A stretch of 62,664 nucleotides of DNA, counting the filler. It is 12 parts of 12 records of this genome, joined end to end, with 100 filler letters (N's around TTAATTAATTAA, not from the genome) between each part and the next. Parts side by side here need not be neighbours in the genome. Positions count along the whole stretch, not along the records: positions 35,308 to 40,485 come from SRR15195285_3349; positions 40,586 to 45,513 come from SRR15195285_3350; positions 45,614 to 48,923 come from SRR15195285_3351; 9 more parts are not named here. The stretch is one strand, 5' to 3'. The position numbers and the translations under genes are program-made. The notes beneath the pieces were generated by a model. That model was not told the DNA's origin. It searched no databases and saw only the letters and a program-made list of their open reading frames with translations. Below are positions 35,208-46,495 of the stretch, one piece after another; the stretch's first letter is position 1, and each line of letters starts with the position of its first letter.

Positions 35208-35307
35208 NNNNNNNNNNNNNNNNNNNNNNNNNNNNNNNNNNNNNNNNNNNNTTAATTAATTAANNNNNNNNNNNNNNNNNNNNNNNNNNNNNNNNNNNNN
35301 NNNNNNN
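35208..35307. other. Artificial contig spacer
   Basis: N44-TTAATTAATTAA-N44. Confidence 0.99.
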
Positions 35308-36057
35308 AGGTCGGTGTAGGCCTTGTAGTTGTTGTGCGCGAGTTGGGAGACCGGGGGGACCATGTCTTGATCAGTGGATTTGGAGATCGGGGCGATCCGA
35401 GCGATCGCATGGAGGATTGTTGGCTAATCGCCTGGAGGATCGCATGGAGGGTTGTTGGATTTCCCTTAGATAAGGCCCTTATGCCTGGTGTCACGCTACG
35501 TCCGATCGCGCATACTTGTGGGCCCCGTGTACAGCTGTACATGTACCGCGCTACGGGTGATACGATGTAGGATGAGTTCATTATGAATCTACTCGTGTAC
35601 AGCTGTACAAGTTCGTACTGGTATGAGAATTTCCGTATTAAAATACGCGCGGTACTGCAGTACCTACTAGTAGGTAAGCAAGGATCTGCACCCAAAAAAA
35701 GTGGAACGGGTACCAGGGTCCTCCCACTCCCAGGGCATAGCTCTCTGGGCATAGCAAGGACTGTTTTTGCAAGTTTTGTTTTATACAAGCCGCATTCGCG
35801 AATATATGCTCGCGCTCGCTCCCCACCAAATTTACGGCATGTCGATAGCTACCCATACGCGCATGGCGTTTGCAAAACAGTGCACCTCCCCGATTGTGCC
35901 CATTGTGGCTCCCCACTCCCCACTCTAGTGACTGGTGGGTCATGCCTGCAGTAAGTAACGACAGTGTGCGCGAGCCAGAAGGCACCCAGCTCCACTCAAG
36001 CGCATACTTGCATAAGTGTATACTTTATTTAAGTTTATGACTACGGTAGTCCTCCCA

Positions 36058-39000
36058 TCATCGCCAATTATCGCCTATTCGAATAGTTCTTCGTGCGGGG
36101 TGCCATAGCTGCAACTCTGCCGCGAGCCATTGCCAGAGCTCATGGTAGATGTGGCGCTTCGCCCCATTTGCCGCAATGCCGTGCTGGCGATTAGGATATA
36201 TCATCATGTCGAAGTCAAGGTTACCGAGCTCCACAAGGCGGTTGACAAGCATTACCGTATGTTGAAAGTGCACGTTATCGTCACCAGTGCCGTGGCAAAT
36301 GAAGATGCGCCGCCCAGCCAAGTGCTCAGCGCGCTTGATCACACTCCCTGCGTCATCTGCAAGCGGGTCGACCAAGACAGTTAGACTTGCTAGGTGCGGT
36401 GCTCGGGTAGATGACGGTGGCAAAGGCACTTGCATCCGTCTGCGTTGAACTGCGGTAGGTTCATATATCGCTCTGTGTAACCGGCGTCATACAGTCGCCA
36501 GTCTGTTACGGGTGCCACTGACATCCCTGCTACAAACGGAATCTCCCCAGGGTCACTCATTACCATTCTGCGCGGCCCGTAGGTTGTCATTCGAACGTGT
36601 CAGGGAAATCGAACCAACGTGACCCCCACCCATGCATCATGCAGCAAGCCACAAGCCACAAACATCAAGTAGCAAGCAAGTGGGGACACGGCGAAATCAC
36701 CAAACCTACCCAGTCATGAAACCTCCATACGACCATCCCCAGATCGCAAGGCGGCTGGCATCGACAAACGGCTGTGCTGCAAGCCAGCGTCCGAACGTAA
36801 TCTGGTCCTCTGTTTCCAGCATGCCAAGGCTTTCGTACACCTGAATTCCACGAAACGACATGATCAGAGGTTGCAACTGTGGATCTCGTGTCCTGGCATA
36901 ATATCTTGTGTAGCACAAGCACCGGCAAGATGGTCACCGAAGAAGGTTGCTTCTGTGCGCACCTGTTTACGGAAGTGGTCCCCCCTCGCGCCAGTGCCAC
37001 GCCCATCGACCTGCGCGACGATCACGCCGTGAGTAGCAACGTACCTGGAACATGATAGCAGCAGTCAGTGTTCATGTCCACGCAACTCTTAATCGACAGA
37101 ATCATGAGTGCATACTTACGTGTCAAAGTCGGCTACTGCACCGAACCGTCTGAAGACGGCCTGAGAGCCCGGTCCGCCATAAACCTTAACTAGCACTGGG
37201 TACTCTATCGTGTCGTCAAAATCAGGCGGGAGGATCAGCTTCGCCTGCAGAACCACCGATCACTTGGCAGTCAGCCATCAGCTGCAGTTGCAACATGAGC
37301 AATCATGGACTCATATGTTGCCAACCGAGAGTCGCACGCACATGGAGCCCTTCTACATCTGAGCCTGGAGTGGCCGGTATCGTCACAAATCGAGCCTTCG
37401 GCAGCATCAGTGTCGGACTTGCTGCATCGCTGATGGCTGTGGAACGAAACCTCGCCTGGAGCTCCGTGACTAGGGCTTCGTTCTGTTCGAGAAACTGTGG
37501 GGGTTCCACGCCAGAAGCCAGCGATAGCAGTGCAGTGAATGGTGGTGCAGAGGTGTAGTCACTCTCGGTCCCATCACCCTGTGATCGCGATGGTAGGCGC
37601 ATGTGCAACCATCAACAGCAACAGCATCAAGCGGTCAGAAAAACCAAGTTCAGTCGAGTTGTGCTGATCGGACGCCCAAACAATCTCGGCTGACAAACCA
37701 CTGTTTGCAAAATCTTGCTATTGCAATCGATAGCAACGTCGGATTGACAACTCGCCTGATAGTTGCACAACATCCAGTTGCCACCCGGCGATAGCACTGA
37801 TCCTGAAAAGTAGCCACCAGGATTTTTCTCGCATCCGTCGAACCCAGTTGTACTGAGAGCGGACGCTGAATCTCCACCAGAGGTGCTAGAGGGCCATTCG
37901 AGTGTCTGTAGGTGTCGCTGCTCCGGGCCGACTGATGCAGGCGACCCTGTAACCGTGATCGTGACGGTATCTAAAGTATCGCTGTCGCCGCCACCACTAT
38001 AGAAGCCGTTGATGTCTGTAACTTCAAAATCGGCACCGGTGGTGAGCCAGCTCCACTGTCGTGTGGCCCTGTCGAATGCGCTGAGGTGGGCGAAACCTTC
38101 TTCATTGACCCTGACCTGCAGCGCAGCAATTCATTTCAATTCAAGTTGGCAGTGTTAGCTGAGCGCGAAGCTGAGCACAATTCAGCTGCGGACAAGTTGC
38201 ACCTGCAGAAACGCATTCCTCGCTGGCACCGGTAGGAGAGCGCTCTGCTCTAGCCAGCCTCTAGGTGCCACGTTCGTCACAGCAAGCTGGCAGCTACCAC
38301 TCGCTGCATCGCAAAATGCTACATCCTCTGTGGTCTGCTCGCGGTTCATCAGCCGCAGCAGAATCGTCGTAGTATCGAACCAGACCACCTGGAACACGTA
38401 GTAGTTGTGCGTTGTTGCCGGGCTCTCCACCTCTACTCGCACTGTCGTTTGGCGGTTACGATCGTACACGTGCACAGAAAATGTAGACCCTGCGTAGCCA
38501 GGCTTTGGATCTATACAATATTCAGGAATTGATTGCAAGATCACGTCAGAACTCGCAGCTGTGCAATCTGCGCAAAGTGATAGAAGTCTTCCACGAGAGG
38601 AACACGAGGTGGGATTGAAACAAGGAAGCATTGCTCCAATCTGCTGCGCACGGCTCACATCGCAGGTGGGTAGTGGAAGGATAGGCGCCCGTAGAGGGCG
38701 AAGTTCCCCAGTACGTAAAGTTGTACTGGATAACATTGCTGTCGTCAAAGCGAAGGTAGGCGAGCAGCTATTATGCATCCAGCGTGGCAGAACATCGCCA
38801 CTTAGGTCACCGGCCTAGCACCCGAAAGCATGCAAATAGTAGCCATGGCAACACTGCTAGCCAGTGCAGGCAACGCACCTGGTTGTCCGGAGAAAAAAAG
38901 AGCTCGGTGGAGCCCGAGAGAATCTCCTCTTCGTAGACCCAATCCGCGATACCGTTGCGGATGCGACCGTCCGGGGTTCCGTCTAGGGTGACAGCAACTC

Positions 39001-39685
39001 GCTCGCCTGCATCAACGTCAAGCAAATAGATGTTGTATCCCATCACATACGCCACGATACCACCAGTCTCAGTTGGGGCCCAGCTTGCAGCTTGCTGCAC
39101 CTGCGTCGGGTCCACAGGAATGTGCGTCTGGGTGACGATGTCCAGAACCTGATATTCTGCGAAGAAGGAGTGGCGGTAGAGAGCATGCGCGTTCGATGCG
39201 AAGAGCACATATTTGCCGGAGTGGGAAACACCCCATGAGCTACTATTCATCGCGCTGTAGCGTGCTGCTGGTACAAGCGGGGCCCATTCCAGGCCAGACG
39301 CTCCGCGCCTTGGCGTGGCGAGCTCCAGCGCGCCATCGCGTCGTGCCACCATGCGCTCTCTGGAGATCCATTGCACAACGGAGTAGCTCGGCTGCAGGCT
39401 GCCGTCGAAGATATCATCGAACGTGAACGCCGGCACCCTCTCGTCACCCGTCCCAAACCCCTCGCCGATCGCCTGCAGCGCCGCGTCGCCCTGGCCACCT
39501 GAGATGGCCACGAGCGTCACAACTACGATCATCACGGCGCTGAGAAGCATGCATCCGCCGCGACTGAGGCCGACCGGTGCGCGCAGCCAGCCGACCAGAC
39601 CAGGCTGTCGCTCCTGCTCCTGGCAGACGGCCGCCTGCGATTCAAGCAGCGTCTGCACCTCCATCTTGCTGTCTGCGCCAGCCAT
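36058..39685 (-). CDS. Dipeptidyl-peptidase IV-like S9B serine peptidase, type II membrane protein; about 10 exons
   Basis: N-terminal signal anchor; [17 protein letters not shown]; spliced [22 protein letters not shown]; catalytic [16 protein letters not shown]...[25 protein letters not shown] (Ser-Asp-His triad intact). Confidence 0.92.
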
Positions 39686-40416
39686 CCTTGGGCGTGAGGC
39701 TGCCGGGCCACGCAACCGCGCGCGCCGCTTGCCACGACAATAATGTTGCTAAGTGTTGCTATTGATAGTAGCCGGAATGTGATTCCCAGGTCGGGGCGCA
39801 TGCAGACATCGCGGAATCGGATCCAGGAACCAGCGGGATGAAATGATGGGCGGCGAAGCAATGTATTAAGACGACGGTGACGATCGATACGGTAATACAA
39901 CCGCGATCGGTCAAGACGTAGTTATAGTAGGAAGCCCCCCTGCCGGATGAGCCACGGTGCGCGCGCCGACGTATTCTGCGAGTACTTTCGCCTTGGCCGT
40001 TCACTGCAGCCGTCTAGTAGAGAGTACAACACATGTACGTCTGGACTGCATCTGCTCCGCGTCGCCGCGGTGGCGGTTGGACGACGCCGGCCACGATCGC
40101 GCAGTCGGTGCCTCCGTCACCTCCCTCCGTGTGCACGCACTGGCTTCCACTTCAGCAGGCGTGCTTGTTCTCTCCTGAACTGTGCTCAACCTGAAGGTGA
40201 GGATAGAACGCCCTATACACTGCTACTTCCTGCCGTCTTGGTGCCGTGCTGCGCGTGCGCCATTGACAGCCTGCCTGCGCATGTCCAGGCTCCTTTACGT
40301 CTGCTTGTCGTCCGTTGACCACGCACGGACCAGTCGGAGGCACAGCTGGGAGCCTGGGACCGCAGACTGCGACCACGGTCGCCTTGGATACATCGACGCC
40401 TGTCAGCTTGCAGAAC

Positions 40417-40485
40417 ATGCTGGCCACCGCCGCGATCCTGCTGGTTTCGCTCGACGTCGTCGCTGGACAAACCGTTGACCTCTGC
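40417..40485 (+). CDS. 5' fragment (signal peptide) of a secreted protein cut by the contig end
   Basis: MLATAAILLVSLDVVAG|QTVDLC is open to the spacer. Too short to identify. Confidence 0.3.
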
Positions 40486-40585
40486 NNNNNNNNNNNNNNN
40501 NNNNNNNNNNNNNNNNNNNNNNNNNNNNNTTAATTAATTAANNNNNNNNNNNNNNNNNNNNNNNNNNNNNNNNNNNNNNNNNNNN
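40486..40585. other. Artificial contig spacer
   Basis: N44-TTAATTAATTAA-N44. Confidence 0.99.
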
Positions 40586-40755
40586 GCGGCGGCGGCGACG
40601 GCGCGAGCGGTTCAGCGAGTGTGGAACCACCGGCGGTGGAGCGATCGATCGAGGCTCCAGGAGTGGAAGGAGAGCCGCAGCCAGAGGCGCAAGCAGATGT
40701 AGACGGCAGGTAATGGAACGTGGCAGCATTCATTTGCTCTGTCGCCGTGGCTCGC

Positions 40756-41856
40756 TTACACGCCACGAGGCCTCGCAGGGTAGCCGCGAGCGGCCCGGCC
40801 CCGGCCTCCGCGCCCGCCGGGGCCACGACCAGCGCCACGCCCAGCGCCACGCCGTGCGCCGGCCACCAGCGGGTGTGGCATCGCCGGTCTCTCCTGGCCG
40901 TGGCTGGCCGGCGGTGCCTCCACTTGTTTGATCTCTGGGGCTGGCTTTGGCTTGTCCCACGACGATTCGCCCGTGATTTCGTTCACATAGTACGTGTCTC
41001 CGGACGCCGGGTCTTTCTGCGCGGTCCAACCTTCTGGCAAGCCGTGCCCGGCGACCTTGGCGCGTGCGCCGTCCACGCAGTCCAAGATTTTGTCCTTGGT
41101 GTCCGCGCACTGCGGGGCGCGCCAGATCACAAAACCGGCGACGATGATCGCGGCCACCACGGCTACGATGACGACGCCTTGGTCGAACGCCGCACCAGAG
41201 CAGCTGCCGTAGTCATGGTAAATGGTGCCGTCGGGCAAGTCGCCGAACACGCCGCACGTGGCCTTCGTCGCAGAGATCTCGATGTCGGCGCAGCCGATGT
41301 ACCCACCGCCATCCGAGGTGCTGATCCAGCCCCACTGCAGCACGGCCTTGTCAGTGTCCTCCAGATTATCGGGGATGATCAAGGCGGTGAAGTGGTCCCC
41401 GTCTGACGTCGCGTCGTTCCCTTCATTGTCCTCCACGATCCGAAAGCCTGTGCGCAGGTCGTCGAATGTCTGGCCCGGGATCTGGATCGCCAGGCCGACG
41501 CCCGGAGCCGCCTGGTGAGCGATGCCGATGTTGTACTTGACGTAGATGCGCTGCCCCGGGTTGACGACGGCCACCACATCGCCCGGCGTGGACTCCTCCT
41601 CGTTGCTGAGCGGGCACGAGTTCCTGGTGCTCGCGTCCTCAAAGTCGATGGTGCCGTCCCGGTTTGTGAGCGGCGACAGCTTGGTGCCGACGCCCTCCGC
41701 CATCCCGTCCCGCGCCTGCGGCGAGATCAGCACGCCGTGCGCGTCGACGACGGGGCTCGCCTCGAGCAGCAGCGCGACGGCCGCGTATACCGCCGCCACT
41801 CCCCGCACCCGCTGGCGCTGGCGCTGCCCCTGCTGCTGTGCTCTGCCCATGGTCAT
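40756..41856 (-). CDS. Histidine-brace LPMO-like (copper-binding) domain + TM helix + WW domain + RG-rich tail
   Basis: Signal peptide ends VDA|HGVLISPQAR (His1 at 41739-41737); second His in YNIGIAHQ (41517-41515); AVLQWGW...GYIGCADIEI; TM VVIVAVVAAIIVAGFVIW; WW LPEGWTAQKDPASGDTYYVNEITGESSWDKP. Confidence 0.8.
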   Translation of the reverse strand: MTMGRAQQQGQRQRQRVRGVAAVYAAVALLLEASPVVDAHGVLISPQARDGMAEGVGTKLSPLTNRDGTIDFEDASTRNSCPLSNEEESTPGDVVAVVNPGQRIYVKYNIGIAHQAAPGVGLAIQIPGQTFDDLRTGFRIVEDNEGNDATSDGDHFTALIIPDNLEDTDKAVLQWGWISTSDGGGYIGCADIEISATKATCGVFGDLPDGTIYHDYGSCSGAAFDQGVVIVAVVAAIIVAGFVIWRAPQCADTKDKILDCVDGARAKVAGHGLPEGWTAQKDPASGDTYYVNEITGESSWDKPKPAPEIKQVEAPPASHGQERPAMPHPLVAGARRGAGRGAGRGPGGRGGRGRAARGYPARPRGV

Positions 41857-42629
41857 CGCCCTTCACCCCCTCCTTGTGCGCACGTCCTCAGGCCCAGCCC
41901 TCAGTCAACCGGTATACGCAATGCGGTGCGGTACGGCACGCCTTCAGAACGCTCGCCCCCCGGTAGCCGTACGGTAGGTACTATAGGTGTGTATTACAGT
42001 GTCCAGCCCCCCGGCCCCTGTCTCTAGAGCGTCTTGTATGTGCAGCGTGATCAAGAGCGCAGAGCAGCTCGCAGTGCGCACCGTGCTCACGCCCCAAGCC
42101 TCCTGTGCCAAGGGCTCAGCAACGAGCAAGGGACTTCAGTAGGGAGGGCGCTCGCTGCTACTAATTTACGGGTGTACTATTGATAGCAATTACTAGTAGT
42201 ATATCTAGGATACTATACTGTTCCACTATGCTGCCTACTACATGTAGTAGCACCACTGTGCACTCTCACGGTCATTCACTCATCAAAGATCAATCGAACA
42301 GTGGTGGGCAGTGCGTGAGACGGCTGATCTGACTGATCTCAAGAGAGACTTTCGGCCCGCAAATTTGTCTTCGACCCCGCATCCTCCTCGCGTGGCCACG
42401 CCCACGGGCCAGTCCGATTTCCAGAAATACCGAATGAATGAAATGCCCAATATGCATTCTGTAGACGTTCGCTCTGCTGGTGTGTACAGAGTACACTGGC
42501 CGCTGCGGTGCAGCCAGCCCCCTCCCTGCCGGCTGTGTGCCGCACAGAGCCCTGTGTACCGGCTATACTGATACAGGCGGACAATCGTCGTCCAGGAACT
42601 CGTTGAGCGCTGAAGCTGAGCCAACAGCC

Positions 42630-43728
42630 ATGGCAATGGACAAGGACATGGGCTACGGGGTGTCACCGCCGCAGCGCCGCCTGCACGCCACAGCCGCACA
42701 CCTCACACACGCTCTGCAGCCAGCAGCAGCGGCGGCGAAGACGGCGGCGGTGGTCGTGCACGAGGAGGAGTTCCCAGAAGTGATCTTTCAAGTTCGGGAT
42801 GACCACGTCGCCATCATACGGCTCAACAACCCCTCGAGCCTGAACCCGATGGGCGCGGACATGCTCCAGGGATTCCACTCGGCGATCAAGAAGGTCGAGG
42901 ACCCGGATTCAGGCATCCGCTGCCTCCTCATCACGGGCGAAGGCAGGGCCTTCTGCTCCGGCGCGAATCTCAGCGGCGGCGGCGCGGGCAGCGACGGCCC
43001 ACCGCAGGCCTTCAGCATGCACAGCGGTCTCGGGGCGGCCCACGGGCTGGAGGCGCAGTACAACCCGATGATCGCCAGGCTGCGCGACCTGCGCTGCCCT
43101 GTTGTCGCGGCGGTCAATGGTCCATGTGCCGGAATCGGCATGAGCTTCGCCATGGTGGCGGACCTCGTCATCGCCAACGAATCCGCGTTCTTCCTGCAGG
43201 CTTTCCGCAACATTGGCCTGGTGCCCGATGGTGGCGCTACATTCATGTTGCCGCGGCTGATCGGCTGGGGGCGTGCAATGGAATTGGCGATGATGGGAGA
43301 GCGGTGCCCGGCACAGAAGGCGCTGGAGTGGGGACTAGTGAACGAAGTGCACCCGGACGACGTGATGATTAGTGTGGCGCTTGAGAAGGCGAGCAACCTC
43401 GCGGCGGGTCCCACGAAGACGCTGACGCTTATTCGCCAGGTGCGAGCAACCTGCTGCCAGCATACGCTTCGCTCCGGCTGCATGATTGTGCAACCGCCAG
43501 CGTGCACAGCATGCTGCCCTGCGCGCCAGCCTTGCATCGAGGACGTCAGTAATCGTTGACACGGCACGGGCGTGCTCGTAGATGTACTGGGCTAGCACGA
43601 CGAACAGCTTGGAGGAACAGTTGGCGCTGGAAACCAAGAACCAAGTCGCGGCGGGCAGCTCTGCTGATGCTGTCGAGGGACGCATGGCGTTTCTGGAGAA
43701 GAGGAAGGCCGAGTTCAAGGGTGTGTAA
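42630..43728 (+). CDS. Enoyl-CoA hydratase/isomerase (crotonase, PaaG-like) with N-terminal PTS2; 2 exons
   Basis: ITGEGRAFCSGANL; VVAAVNGPCAGIGMSFA; QAFRNIGLVPDGG; ALEWGLVN. Intron 43440-43581 restores IRQMYWAS...EEQLALE...EGRMAFLEKRKAEFKGV*. RLHATAAHL at 42678-42704 fits RL-x5-HL. Confidence 0.92.
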
Positions 43729-43839
43729 TGAATTCAGCCAAGCCACTTCGACGCCTTCGAGGCAGTCCGTGCTGTATGGGCGGGGCGGGAGAGAGGCCCA
43801 TCAGAAAGAATTATATAGATACTAGAGAAGACGGCCATC

Positions 43840-45513
43840 TCACGGCTGCATCTGTTGTCGGAAAGCTTCCTGCTCGGCGTCGAACGCAGCTTGATCCGCT
43901 GCGGCTTTTGCCTGCCGTGCGTCAGCTTCCTCCTGCGCTTTTGCTATCTCCTCTTGATGCTGAACCGACACTGAGACAGAGCAAACATTGCCGCGTGAGC
44001 AATAGGTTCGAGCGAAAACTGGCGAGAGAGCCACCAGCTTGCGCCGGCAGCATGACAAAGCGGTCTGGTTAGGCCGGCTGAGGTTGCGCTAATTACCGAT
44101 CGTCTGTATGGGCCTGTCGTCGGCGGGATCTGAAGCAGAGGAGCCTGCCGTATCAGCCTGAACCTGCTCAGGTGAAACTACATCGCCTGGCAATCCACCA
44201 CTAGCAGCAATAGCTGCTGTATCGCCATCGCTTATCGACCCATTGATCGTCTCAACGACCATCGGCAACCCCGGCTGTGAACCCGCTTCTTTAGTCGCAG
44301 CGGCGGCGACATTATTTGGGCTCTGAGCAATGAGCATCTTTGAAAGCGCGTCCGTCTCTGACGCCTGCAAACTGAGCCACTGGTTGATCGTTGACTCGTT
44401 GCCGGCGCCCATATCAGAGTCGCTTGCGTTCGATCGTCTTCTATCTGACATCACCGCGTCATCCGATGCCCTATCAGTCTCTCTTGCCGCAGGAGTGGGC
44501 GGCTCAGGCACCTCCTCGATCGACTGCAGTACATCTCCCGTGCTGCCTCCGTGAAGGCTATCTCCGGCTGCACCTCCTCCCAAACCGTCCTGCAGTGCCA
44601 GCCCAATTTCGGCCGCAGGCGGGGCGTTCCCGCCCTGTGCTTTGCTGTCAGGTGAGTCGAACCCAGGGGTTGTGTGTCGTATCTGCGTGCCGGCCACGTC
44701 CCGCACAAAGTCGTGCTGCAGCAGTCTCGAAGCGTTCGGTCGAAGCTTCGGATCTCTGCAAGCCAACAGATTGTAAACCTCAGTGTTAGCGCAGGCCAAT
44801 GCAGCAACGACAACTGCGGACGGCGACATAACTACTGTCGACAGCAGCTGATTGCAACGCGGGCAGTCCGCACCGTGCAAAAGTCTGCAGGAGGAATGTG
44901 CGGCACGGCGTGGTGACATCGGCCGGCATGCTAGGCGGCTCCTTCGAGGATGCGATGTGAAACAGCGCCGAAACCTGCGTGTTGAATTGCACCCATGGCG
45001 GCTTCCCCGTGAGCATCTCGATCACGGTGCATCCTACTGACCATATGTCTGCCTGCCTGCCGTGCCCGGTCTGCTTGATCACCTCCGGGGCCATCCAGTA
45101 CGGCGTCCCTTTCAAGGAGTGCAGGTCTCCTGTGGCGCTCATGACGTTCTGAAGCTGCTTGGACGCACCAAAGTCAGCAAGCTTCACTACGCCGTCGGAG
45201 TCGACGAGGATGTTTGCTCCCTTGATGTCGCGATGAATGATGCGGTTCGCATGCAGGTACTCCAGCCCCGTCAGGATCTGCTTCGTGTACACTGCCACCA
45301 TGGACTCCGCAAACGGTCCAAACTTCTGCAGCAAACTCGTGATGGAGCCGCCCGGCACGAGCTCCAGGAAGATGTTGAGCTCCTCCTGGTCGCGCTCGCA
45401 CCCGTAGCACTGCACGATGTTCGGGTGGTTCAGCGGGCGCAGCAGAGAGATCTCGGTCTCCAGCGAGCGCATCTGCTCGATGAACTGCCTGGACGAGGCA
45501 TGCCCGCCCAGCG
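43840..45513 (-). CDS. MAP kinase kinase kinase (NPK1/ANP/MEKK-like STE11 family), 5'-partial; at least 3 exons
   Basis: LNIFLELVPGGSI; IIHRDIKGANILV; VKLADFGASK; SLKGTPYWMAPEVIKQTGHGRQADIWSVGCTVIEM. Introns near 44873-44756 and from about 44094. The N-lobe is cut by the spacer. Confidence 0.92.
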
Positions 45514-45613
45514 NNNNNNNNNNNNNNNNNNNNNNNNNNNNNNNNNNNNNNNNNNNNTTAATTAATTAANNNNNNNNNNNNNNNNNNNNNNNNNNNNNNN
45601 NNNNNNNNNNNNN
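45514..45613. other. Artificial contig spacer
   Basis: N44-TTAATTAATTAA-N44. Confidence 0.99.
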
Positions 45614-46301
45614 GCGGCGAAGCAGGAGCAAGAGGCAGCGGCAACTGCCGCGCTAGCAGCGGCCAAACAGGAGCAGGAGGCTGCTGCGACTGCAGCAGTA
45701 GCAGCAGCAGCCAAAGCGACGTCCGCAGCTATCGCGGCAGCAGCCCCAGCCCCGTCCCCAACGGTAGTGCCCACTCCCGAATCCTTGCCAGTAGCCGCCC
45801 CTGCAACGTTGGGCTTGCCTCCGGTTGCAACCGCCCCTAGGCCGAGCACGCAAGCAACAGCTGGTGGTCGTGTCGACACGGCGGCAATCGAGGCACAGAC
45901 GCGCGCACAGATGCAGCCTCTATCGGAGCGGTTGACGGTATCGATGCGGCTATTGTGTTCGAAGCGTCCAGCTGAGCCGTATGCGTTCCTTGCAACGGCG
46001 TTTCGCAGGTATGCACTCTGCTCTTGCGCCCCAGCGCGGATTATGCCGTTTTGGATTTGAGTAACGTCTCAGCCTGGCTGTGTGTGTGTGCAGCCCCGAC
46101 GACGCAAAGAGCGAGCCAGCTCGTTCTGCGCCGACGACTGATGGTGATGGTGCCGAGCAGACGCTGGTAGCGTATCTAGAGAGCCACTCAGTAATTCGGA
46201 ACATGCGCGGAACATTGGAGCTATGCCTGCGACAAGAGCCACCGCTGGCAACGGAACCGGCATTGCAATTCGTAGCCGCGGAACTTGCCAAGCTGGCATG
46301 A
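45614..46301 (+). CDS. 5'-partial protein with Ala-rich repeats and two Dpy-30/RIIa-like dimerisation-docking motifs; 2 exons
   Basis: Open from the contig edge (AAKQEQEAAATAA x2). Intron 46009-46093. Motifs LTVSMRLLCSKRPAEPYAFLA and YLESHSV...LELCLRQEPPLATEPALQFVAAEL. Confidence 0.6.
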
Positions 46302-46495
46302 TGAAATTAGCTGCTGCTAGAATGCAGTGCATCATCTTGGGCTGCGCCACAACGGGGCGCAATTAAGCAGCTGTTGCTGGCAAGCAGAAACAGGGGCAGT
46401 TGACGCAGCAGTCCCACTGACTGATCATGTTAGAGGTTTGGGTTGAAGTCCAAATGGATACTCGGATACTCGTTCAGTGTACGCAGCCTGTGCAC

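Noticed and set aside
35308-35410. Possible minus-strand gene start (MRSLGSPRSPNPLIKTWSPRSPNS...)
   Set aside because: Only about 34 codons before the contig end, too little evidence to list as a feature.
36058-39685. Pseudogene or frameshift reading of the fragmented DPP4-like and FOXRED2-like ORFs
   Set aside because: Every break is resolved by GT-AG or GC-AG introns that restore conserved motifs, and the catalytic residues are intact.
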